The notes under the pieces are model-generated. The model was given only the letters and a program-made list of their open reading frames with translations, did no database searches and was not told the origin of the DNA. The translations under genes and the position numbers were made by a program. From positions 1 through 36,591 of the forward strand of contig MRSU01005060.1 of the NCBI GenBank assembly GCA_008369845.1: a DNA stretch of 36,591 nt, read 5' to 3'. This stretch comes from Trichomonas gallinae (lineage: Eukaryota). The number at the start of each line of letters is the position of its first letter. Within the stretch, counting starts at the first letter, position 1. Positions 21,159 to 32,028 of the stretch are shown here, one piece after another.

Positions 21159-21692
21159 ATGAATGAAGGGAGTAATATGGAAGTTAAGAAGAAAGTTGTG
21201 TGGAAACCAAAAGATAAAAACAAAAGAGTAAATGCTACAATGGTAGAAATCGAAAAAGATGCAGCACACGCAAATCAAGTTTTTATTTATTACTTAAATA
21301 AGCATCAGCAGCCCAAATGCAAATGGGTGCCCGCTAGTGAAGTGATGCTCGCTGTAAAACACGAACATTCTAAAACGAAAAATACAAAACAAACAGAACA
21401 AAGATTAATCAACTCAATGTTCTTAAATAATAGCAATGATGTAACTTTCTTATTTGATACATCGGAATGGGAGATGAATGATCAATGTTTGATTGATCCA
21501 AAATTTCCGAAACGCCAAGAACAAAATATTACATCTGTAGATGGAAATACTGACAGATTCGGTAGGTTTTACTGGTCAATTAAGTATCAAAATCGCACGA
21601 ATGCAAAAGTTATTCGCGAAACACCAGATGATCCACCGGAGATGTTCATTCACTACATCAAATCTAATCCAGATAAATTCGCAACTGAATAG
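21159..21692 (+). CDS. Hypothetical protein with a putative Tudor-knot/chromo-barrel-like N-terminus and a chromoshadow-like C-terminus
   Basis: VNATMVEIE...VFIYYLNKHQQPKCKWVPASEV and ITSVDGNTDRFGRFYWSIKY...PPEMFIHYIKSN; CCTTT (M5-like) motifs at 21117 and 21137. Confidence 0.6.
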   Translation: MNEGSNMEVKKKVVWKPKDKNKRVNATMVEIEKDAAHANQVFIYYLNKHQQPKCKWVPASEVMLAVKHEHSKTKNTKQTEQRLINSMFLNNSNDVTFLFDTSEWEMNDQCLIDPKFPKRQEQNITSVDGNTDRFGRFYWSIKYQNRTNAKVIRETPDDPPEMFIHYIKSNPDKFATE

Positions 21693-21807
21693 AAATGAAA
21701 TATTATATGAAAAAATAATTTGTTTGTTTTTGAATAAAAATTATATTATATTTCTAACATTTAGATGATAACATTCAAACACTAAACAATATTTTATTAA
21801 AACATCA

Positions 21808-23352
21808 TTAAATTGAAGAAATTTTTCTCCCTGAATATGTTTTTATGCTCTTTTCTAAATTAGAGCTTGTAGTCTTTCCAGGCATTGATTCTTCCGCAAA
21901 TTGGACATCAAAACTGAAAGCAATTGTTCGATCTAAGTATTTTGTGCTGAGTCTTGACATTCTATCAACGAGGTCATACGGTATGAACCAATATCCACAT
22001 GTGTCATCGACATCAGGAACTGTTGCTGGCTCGAAAATATCATTTAATCTTTCAACTGCAGTATCTTTGATGATAAACAAAGAAACATTTGTGCCATTTA
22101 GGTGGGCAATTGCTGGATAACCTCCATAATTCAAAGAATTGTGATGTGGGTCAGATGGAATCTGAATCAATGAATAACGATCTTCTTTTGAACAATATGA
22201 TTCATCAATGCATTTTAATTGTGTAGCAGGAACGGATCTCACAGATTCGCTCGTTGAAGCAATTGCTGGGCATTTATTAAAATCTAATTTTTCTTGTAAG
22301 CATGATAAGTTGACTCCAAGCCAGTTCTTGGAATCTCTATAGTTAGGACATAGCTTAAAAGCATCTGCAGACGTTTGATCTCCAAGATAATAATTAATTG
22401 AATTTCCAACAGTTCTGGATAATGTTGACTTGGCTATGAAGCCACCAGCAGGATATTTCATATAATCAACACTTAATTTGCCTTGAGATGAAACGAATGT
22501 GTCTGAATATCCAACAATTATGAAATTCATTGGTTCTCCTGCTTGAATTTGATCCGGAACGAAAAATTCTCCGGACATTGTATATGATCTTTCCGTTGTT
22601 ACGCTGCAATATGAAATATCATTTGAAATTGAGCCTGGGCAAATTATTGTTTTTGATTTGCATTGTTCGGACGAATTATCAGTGCATTTTGTATATTTCA
22701 TGTTAAGTGGCTCGGGCATTGAGAACAAAACTGGTTTTTTATATTTATATAATAGTAATTTGATATCTTTAGCATTCATTGCCCATCCATTTGTAGATAC
22801 ACTATATTTGATGTATTCTTTAGGATTGGCTTTGCTACAATCGTATTTTCCACTGGATTTCGGACAATTTGATGTTGGAATTAATCCTTGTTTGAATTCT
22901 GGTGAATTTTTGAGTAAATCTGGTATCAATGCAATGGGATATCGACCATTAGCATCTGAAGAATTGTAAAATTTGCACGCTTTTGATGGATTTTGCTTTT
23001 TACATTCTTTTGCAATCATTTCTTTTAGATATGTTTCGGAAAATTCGACATAATCATTAAGATTCGGTGAATATCCTTGTTTTGAGGACTGATAACGATA
23101 ATTCATTTCCATTAAAGAAACGAAATTATCAATCCATGAGAATTCGTATGATTCGAGGTTTTTAACAGGCGTATCAAATAATTCTTCGATGGAATAAAAC
23201 TCTGGTTTATCGTAACTATTGATTTCGATTGGAATTTCTGCTTTTGGCTGTGTTAACATTGCTATTATTGCAGCAATAACTGTAATTAAGCATGTTAAAG
23301 ATACAATGACAATCAAGTTTGCTTTAAAATACTTAGGAGAGAAAAGAAACAT
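21808..23352 (-). CDS. N-terminally anchored Cys-rich papain-fold (C1-like) protein, predicted inactive
   Basis: TM segment LIVIVSLTCLITVIAAIIAML; motifs FSW...LMEMNYR, YVEFSE, IKLLLYKYKKPV, NFIIVGYSD, GGFIAKS and CGYWFIPY. Start at 23352 or 23370. Confidence 0.7.
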   Translation of the reverse strand: MFLFSPKYFKANLIVIVSLTCLITVIAAIIAMLTQPKAEIPIEINSYDKPEFYSIEELFDTPVKNLESYEFSWIDNFVSLMEMNYRYQSSKQGYSPNLNDYVEFSETYLKEMIAKECKKQNPSKACKFYNSSDANGRYPIALIPDLLKNSPEFKQGLIPTSNCPKSSGKYDCSKANPKEYIKYSVSTNGWAMNAKDIKLLLYKYKKPVLFSMPEPLNMKYTKCTDNSSEQCKSKTIICPGSISNDISYCSVTTERSYTMSGEFFVPDQIQAGEPMNFIIVGYSDTFVSSQGKLSVDYMKYPAGGFIAKSTLSRTVGNSINYYLGDQTSADAFKLCPNYRDSKNWLGVNLSCLQEKLDFNKCPAIASTSESVRSVPATQLKCIDESYCSKEDRYSLIQIPSDPHHNSLNYGGYPAIAHLNGTNVSLFIIKDTAVERLNDIFEPATVPDVDDTCGYWFIPYDLVDRMSRLSTKYLDRTIAFSFDVQFAEESMPGKTTSSNLEKSIKTYSGRKISSI

Positions 23353-23738
23353 AATTTTAAAATTTGACATTCAATTTTTACATGTCAAAAATGGAAATTT
23401 TTATTGCAAATGCTTCTTCAGCCCAAATTTATGATTTTCTATTCTTCAAAAATCGTTTTTTCAATACAATTTTCTACATTTTTATTTTTAAATTATCTCA
23501 AAAAATGCATTTTTCTCAAATTTTGCAGTTTTTTAAACGATAATATAAATTTTTAAATAATGGAAAATGAATTATAATACGAATGGGTTATATTTCTTTA
23601 CACAAAAGGCATTTTCATCAAAATTATATTTTGCGAAAATAAATTTCGAAAATCAGAAGATTTAAACCGTATAGAACAATAATTTACAAACAAAACATGG
23701 TAATAACAAAACAAAAAAATTAATCATATCAAATATAA

Positions 23739-24536
23739 TTAATACTTAATCGTGCAAATGTTTCCATTAATAGAATCGTTAAATTTCTGTGGGAATGACC
23801 GTTTCCCGTGCAGCATTGCATCTTCTTGTCTACCTGTATAGAATCTTGTTGCTAAGACTCTTGTATAGTATCCAGGATCAAAGCCGCTCTCGTATGGCTT
23901 CTGTTTTGGCGGTGGCTCGATTCCATGCGCTTCATTAATAATTCTTTCTAATCTTTCTTCTTTTCTCTGTCTTTCTTTGTAGCGGGTATGTGGATCCTGG
24001 ATTCCTTTTCGAGAAACGATGATTGTTGGGACTTTATTTGGAGGCAGAGGCGACCGAATTGGAACTGGATTTTTATCTGATTCTCTGATTGTTTCTTCTT
24101 TGTATTTTAGATATTTCTCGTATTTATCTTTAGACATTGCCTTTGTGATTCTCATTTGGAGAGGTTTGAAGAAAAATTCTTCTTGTTCTTGTTGAAGCTG
24201 ATTGTATTTCAGGTTTCTCATTTCGTCGTATGCTTTTAGTCTGTTATTTAATCTAGTTATTTGATTAACATCGTCATTTATTTGGGAAAGAAGTTTTGAT
24301 TGTTTTATTTGCTCTTCTTTCTTTTTTCTTGTTCGATTCGACCGAGATGAATCAATCTCATATGGCTCTTGGACATTCCTATGCCGCCTCCTATCAGCAA
24401 ATCTCGGATTTTTCGTTGGTTTGAAATCTTGTTCTGGCTCTTTGAGCTGTTTTATTGTCGGCATCTGGAATATCAGCGGTGGTTTACCATCAACGAGCTC
24501 AAATATCGTCTCTTGATCAGTAACATTCTCTATCAT
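23739..24536 (-). CDS. Hypothetical basic coiled-coil protein, possibly FAM228-like
   Basis: 265-aa ORF with an ATG. EEFFFKPLQMRI and IQDPHTRYKERQRKEE are reminiscent of FAM228, but the family call is weak. Confidence 0.7.
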   Translation of the reverse strand: MIENVTDQETIFELVDGKPPLIFQMPTIKQLKEPEQDFKPTKNPRFADRRRHRNVQEPYEIDSSRSNRTRKKKEEQIKQSKLLSQINDDVNQITRLNNRLKAYDEMRNLKYNQLQQEQEEFFFKPLQMRITKAMSKDKYEKYLKYKEETIRESDKNPVPIRSPLPPNKVPTIIVSRKGIQDPHTRYKERQRKEERLERIINEAHGIEPPPKQKPYESGFDPGYYTRVLATRFYTGRQEDAMLHGKRSFPQKFNDSINGNICTIKY

Positions 24537-25461
24537 TTCTATTCTCTAACGAAAAATGTACGTTTAGAAAATTTTCAAATTCGAAAATTGGGTTTTTCCG
24601 GATTTTAAAAGTATTTCTAATCCTTTTTAGTGTCATTATTAATGATTTTAAATGCAAATCAGCGATAAACATAATGTGTAGCATGATTTAAAGACTCTTT
24701 GTAAAGTATTGTGTAAATTGCATTTCTCTGGTTTAAGTTATATATAGATAGGAGTGATGAGTCTTAATATAATAAATCCAAACTTGTTTGACTCTTAACA
24801 TTATGAATGAACATCGAAATAAACAAAGAATCAAGCTAAATGAAGTAGTACATTATCATATTCATATCATTTATATAGTATTACATATATGAAGAGATAT
24901 AGAATATATTCAATCATGATGCTCTTTTTGAGAATTATACATAGTACAAGTTGTGTCATGGCATCGTTAGCGTATATCACAATGTTATGAAGAAAGTAAT
25001 TCAAAGAATATGTTTACTACCATTATATGCATGCAAAATAGCATTATTTCGAAATTTTAAAAATCATGTTTTTTTTTGTGTTTATGGCCTCAGACAGCTT
25101 TGTTGGCTCATTTTATCATACATATGATGTTATTCATGATTTAGCCAATGTTTTTGTAATCTCGAAATTTTGAAATATCGATAATGAAGTTTGACTATTT
25201 TAAAATATTTTGGTTAGATGTAAAAATGCAAATTTTTCTGCTTTAATCATATGTTATCGATTGATTTTGATATTCAAATTTAATTAATATCGTCCAAATC
25301 TAATGGTAGCTTGCTCAAATCAGATAAAAACTTCTTAACTTTGATATAGTCATGATCTGCTGAATTCTGAGTTAATATAAAATTCCATGACTAAACAAGT
25401 CAAATACATGAAAATTTCAATATAGAAAGCATATTTATCAAACAAATAAAGACACAAAAGA

Positions 25462-26706
25462 TTATTTCAAGAAATAAACACGAATGATAAGTCCAGTGAT
25501 AGTAAGGCAAACAATCAGATGTATAACAGCAACCCATCCAACAGCATCTTTAAGTCTGAATGCCTTTAAGTATAATATTGGAGGAAGAATTAATGCCATG
25601 ATTGAATAAGTAATTGAACCAATGAGTTCGATAATATGATCATAACCATTAGTATAGAAGTGATCGATTGCAGCGCAAACGAAGAGCACCATTATAATAC
25701 CAACAAATGTGCAAAGACGATTTACATCTTGTGAGAATAATTGGATGATTTGCTTTGAAGCTATAATAAGGTAGCCTGCATTAGTGATTAAAAGATTGAT
25801 TAAAGAGCAAATTTGAGCAACTAACGTGATCGGACTTTTTTGATCTAACCAGTACAAGAAATCATCATCGGTTTCTCCCCAAAGAATGAAGTGAGAGAAT
25901 AATCCAATGGAAAAGTTAACAATTGCAACAACGAAGGTTGATGAATAAACAATATTGAAAACGTAAGATTGCGTTGTCTTTTTAAGAGTTGTAGCTACAT
26001 TGCAAATGAAAGGCTGTCCCCAGAAAAGAGTTGTGAAGAACGAAAATGCTTGAACGAGTCCCCAAAAACTATTTGTTGTTAATTTGAACTTTCCGCTAGG
26101 ATCAAAGCCGTCTTCCTTGTATGACATGACGAAGTTGTAGATTGTTGTGGAGAGGAGAATCAAAACAGCTATGTTTCCCCATATGAAATACCATCTTAGA
26201 CTTGCAAATCTGCGAACGAAAACAAATGGGACGGTGCAAACTGTTACTAGGAAATAGAAAATGAAATAGTTGTTTGCAAGGATGGAACCCTGGCCAAGGT
26301 GAGGTACAGCGATCATATGGAGTGTATTCTTGATTGATGAAATGTTCGTGATTCCAGAATACAAGAGTGTGATAATATATATGATCCTTACGATCTGATG
26401 ACCACCACCGAATGTGTCTTTTACGATTTCTGCGTATTGGTTGCCGAAATTATATCTCCATGTACTGATGAAGAGATAGGAAGCAATAATATTTAGGATT
26501 GCTGCAAGCACACACATGCATGCAACATTTACAACACCATAAATAAATATCTGGTCGAAGAAATTAGCATCATTTCCTGTCATCATGCATAACATGATAG
26601 ATATTGCTGAAACCCAGGATATCGGGTGCGGATCTGGTCGGAACAACTCGCGCTCACCTCCAGTTGTGAATTTGTAGTCTTCTAGGAGCATATCTCCTCC
26701 AATCAT
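25462..26706 (-). CDS. Amino-acid transporter (AAAP / Aa_trans family), ~11 TM
   Basis: Many hydrophobic helices; QYAEIVKDTFG, VPFVFVRRFASLRW and LIGSITYSIMALILPPILYLK. Start taken at ATG 26706 (MIGGD), since the upstream extension is UTR-like. Confidence 0.85.
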   Translation of the reverse strand: MIGGDMLLEDYKFTTGGERELFRPDPHPISWVSAISIMLCMMTGNDANFFDQIFIYGVVNVACMCVLAAILNIIASYLFISTWRYNFGNQYAEIVKDTFGGGHQIVRIIYIITLLYSGITNISSIKNTLHMIAVPHLGQGSILANNYFIFYFLVTVCTVPFVFVRRFASLRWYFIWGNIAVLILLSTTIYNFVMSYKEDGFDPSGKFKLTTNSFWGLVQAFSFFTTLFWGQPFICNVATTLKKTTQSYVFNIVYSSTFVVAIVNFSIGLFSHFILWGETDDDFLYWLDQKSPITLVAQICSLINLLITNAGYLIIASKQIIQLFSQDVNRLCTFVGIIMVLFVCAAIDHFYTNGYDHIIELIGSITYSIMALILPPILYLKAFRLKDAVGWVAVIHLIVCLTITGLIIRVYFLK

Positions 26707-28739
26707 TTTTTCAAAATAAATTCTAACTAACGAACTTTTGAAGTATTGTTTGTTTATATATAGGAAAGACAGTGAATATAAAAGGGAGTTCATTTTACGA
26801 ACAATTCAAAAAAGCATTCAATTGCGTGAGAAAAATATTTTCGTGATCTTTCGGGAAATTGATTATTAACATTAAAGAATGAAAATGCAAAATATAAAAT
26901 AAAGCAATCATGGGTAATGTTGTTATTATTACGAGTTCGAACAATAGTATGGAGAATGCAGACTCGGTTTGAAAAATATAATTTGAATTGATTATTCAAA
27001 ATTGCGATATTTACGTATATTGTAGTAAAAAATGGAATATGGGTACCATGCATGATATGGAATTTGCAATATAAATTTAGCTTTATCGTATTGAAAGGTT
27101 GATTTAGTTTTTTGGTGAAATCTGAATATATAGTTAAATATTCGAACATTGTTTGGTGACTAATTTTTGACAGTTGTTTGATTAAAAATTTACTCCTGTC
27201 TATATCAGCAATTATTACAAAATTACTAATTTATCCACTTTCTTTATTTTGTCCATATAACGATAATTTTATAATTTTATCATCTTTGTAAAACTAAGAT
27301 AAATAAACGGATTCATCAATCATTAAAGTTATGGACATTAGAAAATTTTTGAATATATCAAAACCTGTAAATTTTTTGTATATATAATTCGTATCAATAA
27401 TGAGAATTCTGCAATTTTTGCAGTCGACCGATATACTGCTTTTGTGAGTGATTTCGTTGAAGTTTTCAGAATATTTTCGCCGGTCTAAAATTAAGAATCA
27501 CTCTAAATCCAATAATTTGTTCTATTAAATATGTTTTTGTTATTGAGTCACTTTTATATTGATTATCAAACTATTAAAAAATTTCAACTTTGTATTTTGT
27601 TTTTTACTGCTGAAACAGATCATTTTTGCCATTACTTACTAATTTGGATCATCAAATTACTAATCTGTCAATTTTTCTCCAAAAATTGGAAGCATTTTGC
27701 AAATGAATGAGTTCTTAGCCTTTATTGTGGATCATTATTAGTTTTTCATCTAGTTTTGCGTTTAAACATGATAATTTTGAAAAATTTATTGTTGGGATTA
27801 GTCATTATGATTGCATTATTATGTTCGATCGGATCTATATTTATTTCTATAAAATAATCCCTCGCTTTAAAGTCTTTAATATTTGTTTCTGCAGCAAAAA
27901 TATCGAATGATCGATAGATTTTAAGATTATTTCGCATTAATACTTTGAGTATTTATATTAAACACGCATGGAATATCATATAAGTCGGTTTAAGCCATCT
28001 CTGGCCAATTTCTTGCAACTGATCTGACAAATATATCCAGCGATTGAAAACTCGTCAAAATTACCTTGGACAATATTTTAGTAATAGCCATGAGTAATGA
28101 AAAATGAATTCTATATTTAAATAATTAAATATTTCTTGTTCACATTGCGTTCAGAAAATCCTAAAATTTATTTTTGACATTTTCAATTCAATATGTTATA
28201 TCGAATGGACTCATTGACTTCATCTAATATTGATTACAACATTTCTGCGGACAAACATTTTTTCAGAGAATTATAAACTTCACAAAAATGTAAACAAAAT
28301 CATACATAATGCTAAACTCTTGATGATGAACCAATATTATTCAGTATTGATATTTGAAAGATTGTTTACGTTAGAAAAAATCTTATCGTATGCTTCCTCA
28401 TATGATATATAGATGCTACACATCTATATTAAGCTATTTTTCAATTTGAATGCATTTAACTGAAGTTTATAATTATGATACATAATGTATTATTAATATG
28501 AATAGATTTTTCCCTCAATTTTTTAATAAATTGTCATAATTATATTCATAATCAATATAACATTATTGCAAACGAAAAATCTAATCAGATTGAATGGACA
28601 TTCAAAATTTTGTGATGTTTACTGATAAATCGATTTGAAAACTTTTGAAATTAAATTTTCCTTAATATCAAAATATAATACTAGTTATGATATATAGCAT
28701 TTTTTATATTCAATACTCTTTATTCATTTTATAATTTTA

Positions 28740-29177
28740 ATGCTCATATCTGGTAAATCAGTAAAGACCGGCAGACTACATCATAGCCAAACAATCAGGG
28801 ATAGTAAAAAGCTCGAACAGAGGATCAAAAGCAACGAAGGAAAACTTCAATTTGTTTCAGATTATCTTGATGACTACTTTGGGACACATGTTAACACAAT
28901 GATACTCGGATCTCTCGCCAAGATCATTATTAACACTTATGGAATAACATTAGATAGACTCGCGAAGAGAAACAGGACTGCATTATTATGTTGGTATGCC
29001 GAAAATTGGGAGAAAATATGTCCTCTGTTGAATAATCTCTGCATTAGAAAGGAGAAAGAGATTAAATTGAGTGCCGAGGAACCAATTAAAAATCGTGAAG
29101 AATTTATCGCCATATCACAGGATCCAATACAATCACTGGCCCCATACTCGATTATTTGTTTGTTAAATCATCATTAG
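28740..29177 (+). CDS. Trichomonad-family small protein (LDRLAKRNRxALLCWYxENW), possible DNA-binding regulator
   Basis: Inr TCATT ~15 nt upstream; conserved-looking motif; C-terminal YSIICLLN. Confidence 0.75.
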   Translation: MLISGKSVKTGRLHHSQTIRDSKKLEQRIKSNEGKLQFVSDYLDDYFGTHVNTMILGSLAKIIINTYGITLDRLAKRNRTALLCWYAENWEKICPLLNNLCIRKEKEIKLSAEEPIKNREEFIAISQDPIQSLAPYSIICLLNHH

Positions 29178-31185
29178 AATGTTGTTCAAATAAACACTTT
29201 TGTAAATTATCTAAATCAATGTCGAATTTGAAAATTAAATGGCTAAATTTATCGATAATGCCATATATGATTAATGGAAAATATGTCTACAAAATACTGA
29301 ATGACATTGTTATTCCGTATGATATTTTCGAATAATTTATTAAAATTAATACGGGAATTAAGAGATTAGAGATGTTGAATATTATTGAACATGTCTGTGG
29401 CATTTTGGATAATTGTTTATATTGTACTGAAATACTAAAGGAATTTAAAAAATATAAATTAATATTCGAATTAGTATCTAAATATGCGATTATTATGCAT
29501 GATTATTGTTGCATGTTATCATGTAGTGGTCTATATTGTTGAATTTTTTCGTTTAATCAATTAATAAATTGAGTATGAATAAAATCGCGATTGTAATTGC
29601 ATTTAGTGTTTGTTAATAGTATCCTTTAAAATGGAGCTAAATTATTTTATATATTATTATTTATATTGTATATTGTATCGATTTCGACTGTACTGTTGAT
29701 ACCAATGCATTATTTCGCTGAGTTCCTCACGTATTTGCTGGGTTATTTTACTATCAGTCTTTTCAAGAGGCTTCTTTGGGTTCATTAAAAATTTTAAATG
29801 CTCAATACAAAAAATAATTTATAGCAGTTTACTATTTGATATAGAGCTATTTTATCAAATAACATGAAGTAATAAAGAATTCGAAGATTGATTTTTTAGT
29901 CAATTTTTATTCAAGCATTCAAAAAATTGAATAATAGTATTTAAAAAATTTTCATCAGTAAAGTCCCCTTATATAATTCACGTAGTGTTCCACAATTTGT
30001 GTTTTTCGAGCCAAAAGGTTAAAAAAATTTATCAACTTATCTTTCATGAAAAAATTAAAGGAATATATAATATTTTGATAATATTTTATTATTATATTGA
30101 TGTCAGGGTATCTTTAATCCAATACAAGTTGTTCTTTTCTGTATTTGAATAGGAGTTTTGAAAAAGTGAATTTTTATCTTGATTAGCTGGTTGTCAGTGG
30201 CCGGAGCAATGGGAGCGGTGTAAAGTAGAACGTTTGGAATCTCATTGATTTAATTATGTTTGTTATCGCGAATCGAAGAAAATTCAAACAAAAGCACAGT
30301 ATTTTTCTTCTATTCATCATCGAACAAATATTATTGAACAACTAATGAATATCAAGAAAACATCGGCCAACTCTTGAATAAACATTTATATAACTTTGAA
30401 AAGTAAAGAAATTTGTAATTCACACAGAACTTATGACGGGCCAGCCATCATCATTGTTTTTCTGATGTATGTGTAGATATAAGCAGTATTTGCGCTACCA
30501 AATCTTGATGATTACTTGCTAAAATTTTCGAAATATTGTTCGTACTAAAATTGCAAGCTGCAAGCATATGAAATGAACTGGATTCTCTGTACAATATAGG
30601 AAAATACCAAAATCATCAGTTAATATATGAATTTATAATCCAAATAATTTAAATCTACAGTTTAGAATCTCAGCATCAATCTAATTATCTTATTTTAAAC
30701 CACTATTTATTAATTGTAATGTAATTACATTGATTATAGTTAAATGTGCAATGATGAAATATGGAAATCAGCCATTGTAATTCTCCCTAAAATATCCTAT
30801 AATTTTTGTTTCTTTATGGAAAACAACAATATTATTGTTCAAATCCGTTCAGGTAAATATTAATAAAAATTCAACGCGCAAATATTAACTTATAGCGTTT
30901 TTATACATGTAAGTCATTACATCTCGGAACACATATCTTAATATTTTTGGATAACAAATATGTAATAGATCATAATATTTCACTTATTTAATTCTTGCAA
31001 TAAGATAACTCAAACATATTCCTATTCCGCTGCTAGTGAATAGTACATTTCAAAACATGATTTACTCATAATCATCTTTTATTCCAGAGATAATCAATAA
31101 ATGAAAGAAGTTAACCGAATCGATTAATCCGTTTAAAAATTCGATACCACTGTTCATTATGAGACACATACTTCGTATTTAGAAC

Positions 31186-31290
31186 TGGACATGTAAGGAA
31201 ATATGTTATGACATATTTTTTACACGTCAAATATTAACATTACATGCCAAATACTACTTTTACATGTCAAATAATATTTTTACATGTAAG
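31186..31290. promoter_or_regulatory. Array of TTTACATGTCAA-like elements with an exact 20-bp period
   Basis: tttacacgtcaa 31219, attacatgccaa 31239, tttacatgtcaa 31259, tttacatgtaag 31279; a further copy tggacatgtaag at 31186. Confidence 0.7.
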
Positions 31291-31572
31291 AAGATTTTTT
31301 TTTTCATTTCAATTCTGTGGAAAATTTCAGGTCGTCGATGCATATTTAAGTCGTAGAAGAGTTATATCTTCATCGTGACAACCCATATTTTAGATAGGCC
31401 ACGCATCAGCAGCAGATCAAATCAAAAGATCTCATATAACGCCATATTTTTATGCGACAGAATTAAAATATTGCTGTTAAATGGTCATAAAATGTAAGAA
31501 TTCCAGCATTTTACAAGCTGTATGTTGTCACTTTTTGTAATCCAAATTAATTTCTATCGTTCAAAATTCTCA

Positions 31573-32028
31573 ATGAAAAAGAGTCCATCCATTCCACAAC
31601 TTCTCAACAAGAATGTCACATTCATTGACAACCCGATCTGCTGGGTATTCTACGTATTGTTATTCATCATTCTTCGCGTCATGCTTTCTGGTATCGGAAT
31701 TCCAACAAGCGCTGCGTGGACATTAGTTAACTGCATCCATGGTGGTATTACATTCCTCATTTTCCACTGGATTAAAGGCACTCCTTTCATCGATGATCAT
31801 GGCGCTTACTCTACATTGACATTCTGGGAACAGATTGATGAATCAGTTCAGTTCTCTCGCGCTCGTAAGTTCCTTATTATCTTCCCAATCATCCTTTTAT
31901 ATCTTTCATTAGATGCTGGACATTGGGAGCTTGCTTATGCCTGGTTTAACTTACCAGTCTTTGCTATTGTTATAATTCCAAAATTGCCTTTCATGCATGG
32001 TGTTCGTATCTTCGGTATCAATAGCTAA
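31573..32028 (+). CDS. ORMDL: ORM1/ORMDL family serine palmitoyltransferase regulator
   Basis: LNKNV, WTLVNCIH, FHWIKGTPF, LTFWEQID, RKFL and KLPFMHGVRIFGIN. The ATG at 31522 lies upstream of the Inr (31528), so 31573 is preferred. Confidence 0.95.
   Translation: MKKSPSIPQLLNKNVTFIDNPICWVFYVLLFIILRVMLSGIGIPTSAAWTLVNCIHGGITFLIFHWIKGTPFIDDHGAYSTLTFWEQIDESVQFSRARKFLIIFPIILLYLSLDAGHWELAYAWFNLPVFAIVIIPKLPFMHGVRIFGINS

Noticed and set aside
26790..28412. Short AT-rich ORFs (26790, 27725, 27746, 28230) and similar ones at 5482, 18943 and 20862
   Set aside because: F/I/Y/N/K-biased low-complexity translations typical of AT-rich intergenic DNA, with no recognisable motifs.
29958..30243. AAAGTCCCC at ~29960 and AATGGGAGC at ~30208 as possible RNase MRP CR-I/CR-V
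   Set aside because: P4 pairing is poor and the intervening sequence is very AT-rich with no P1/P3 helices apparent. An Infernal search would be needed.
31219..31290. Regularly spaced repeats as a CRISPR array or iteron origin
   Set aside because: Eukaryotic context, 12-bp degenerate cores with 8-bp A/T spacers, and no cas or rep genes.
31520..31572. GTATGT as a possible intron 5' splice site upstream of ORMDL
   Set aside because: No ACTAACACACAG or TCTAAC..AACAG branch/3' site follows. No convincing trichomonad intron was found anywhere in the window.
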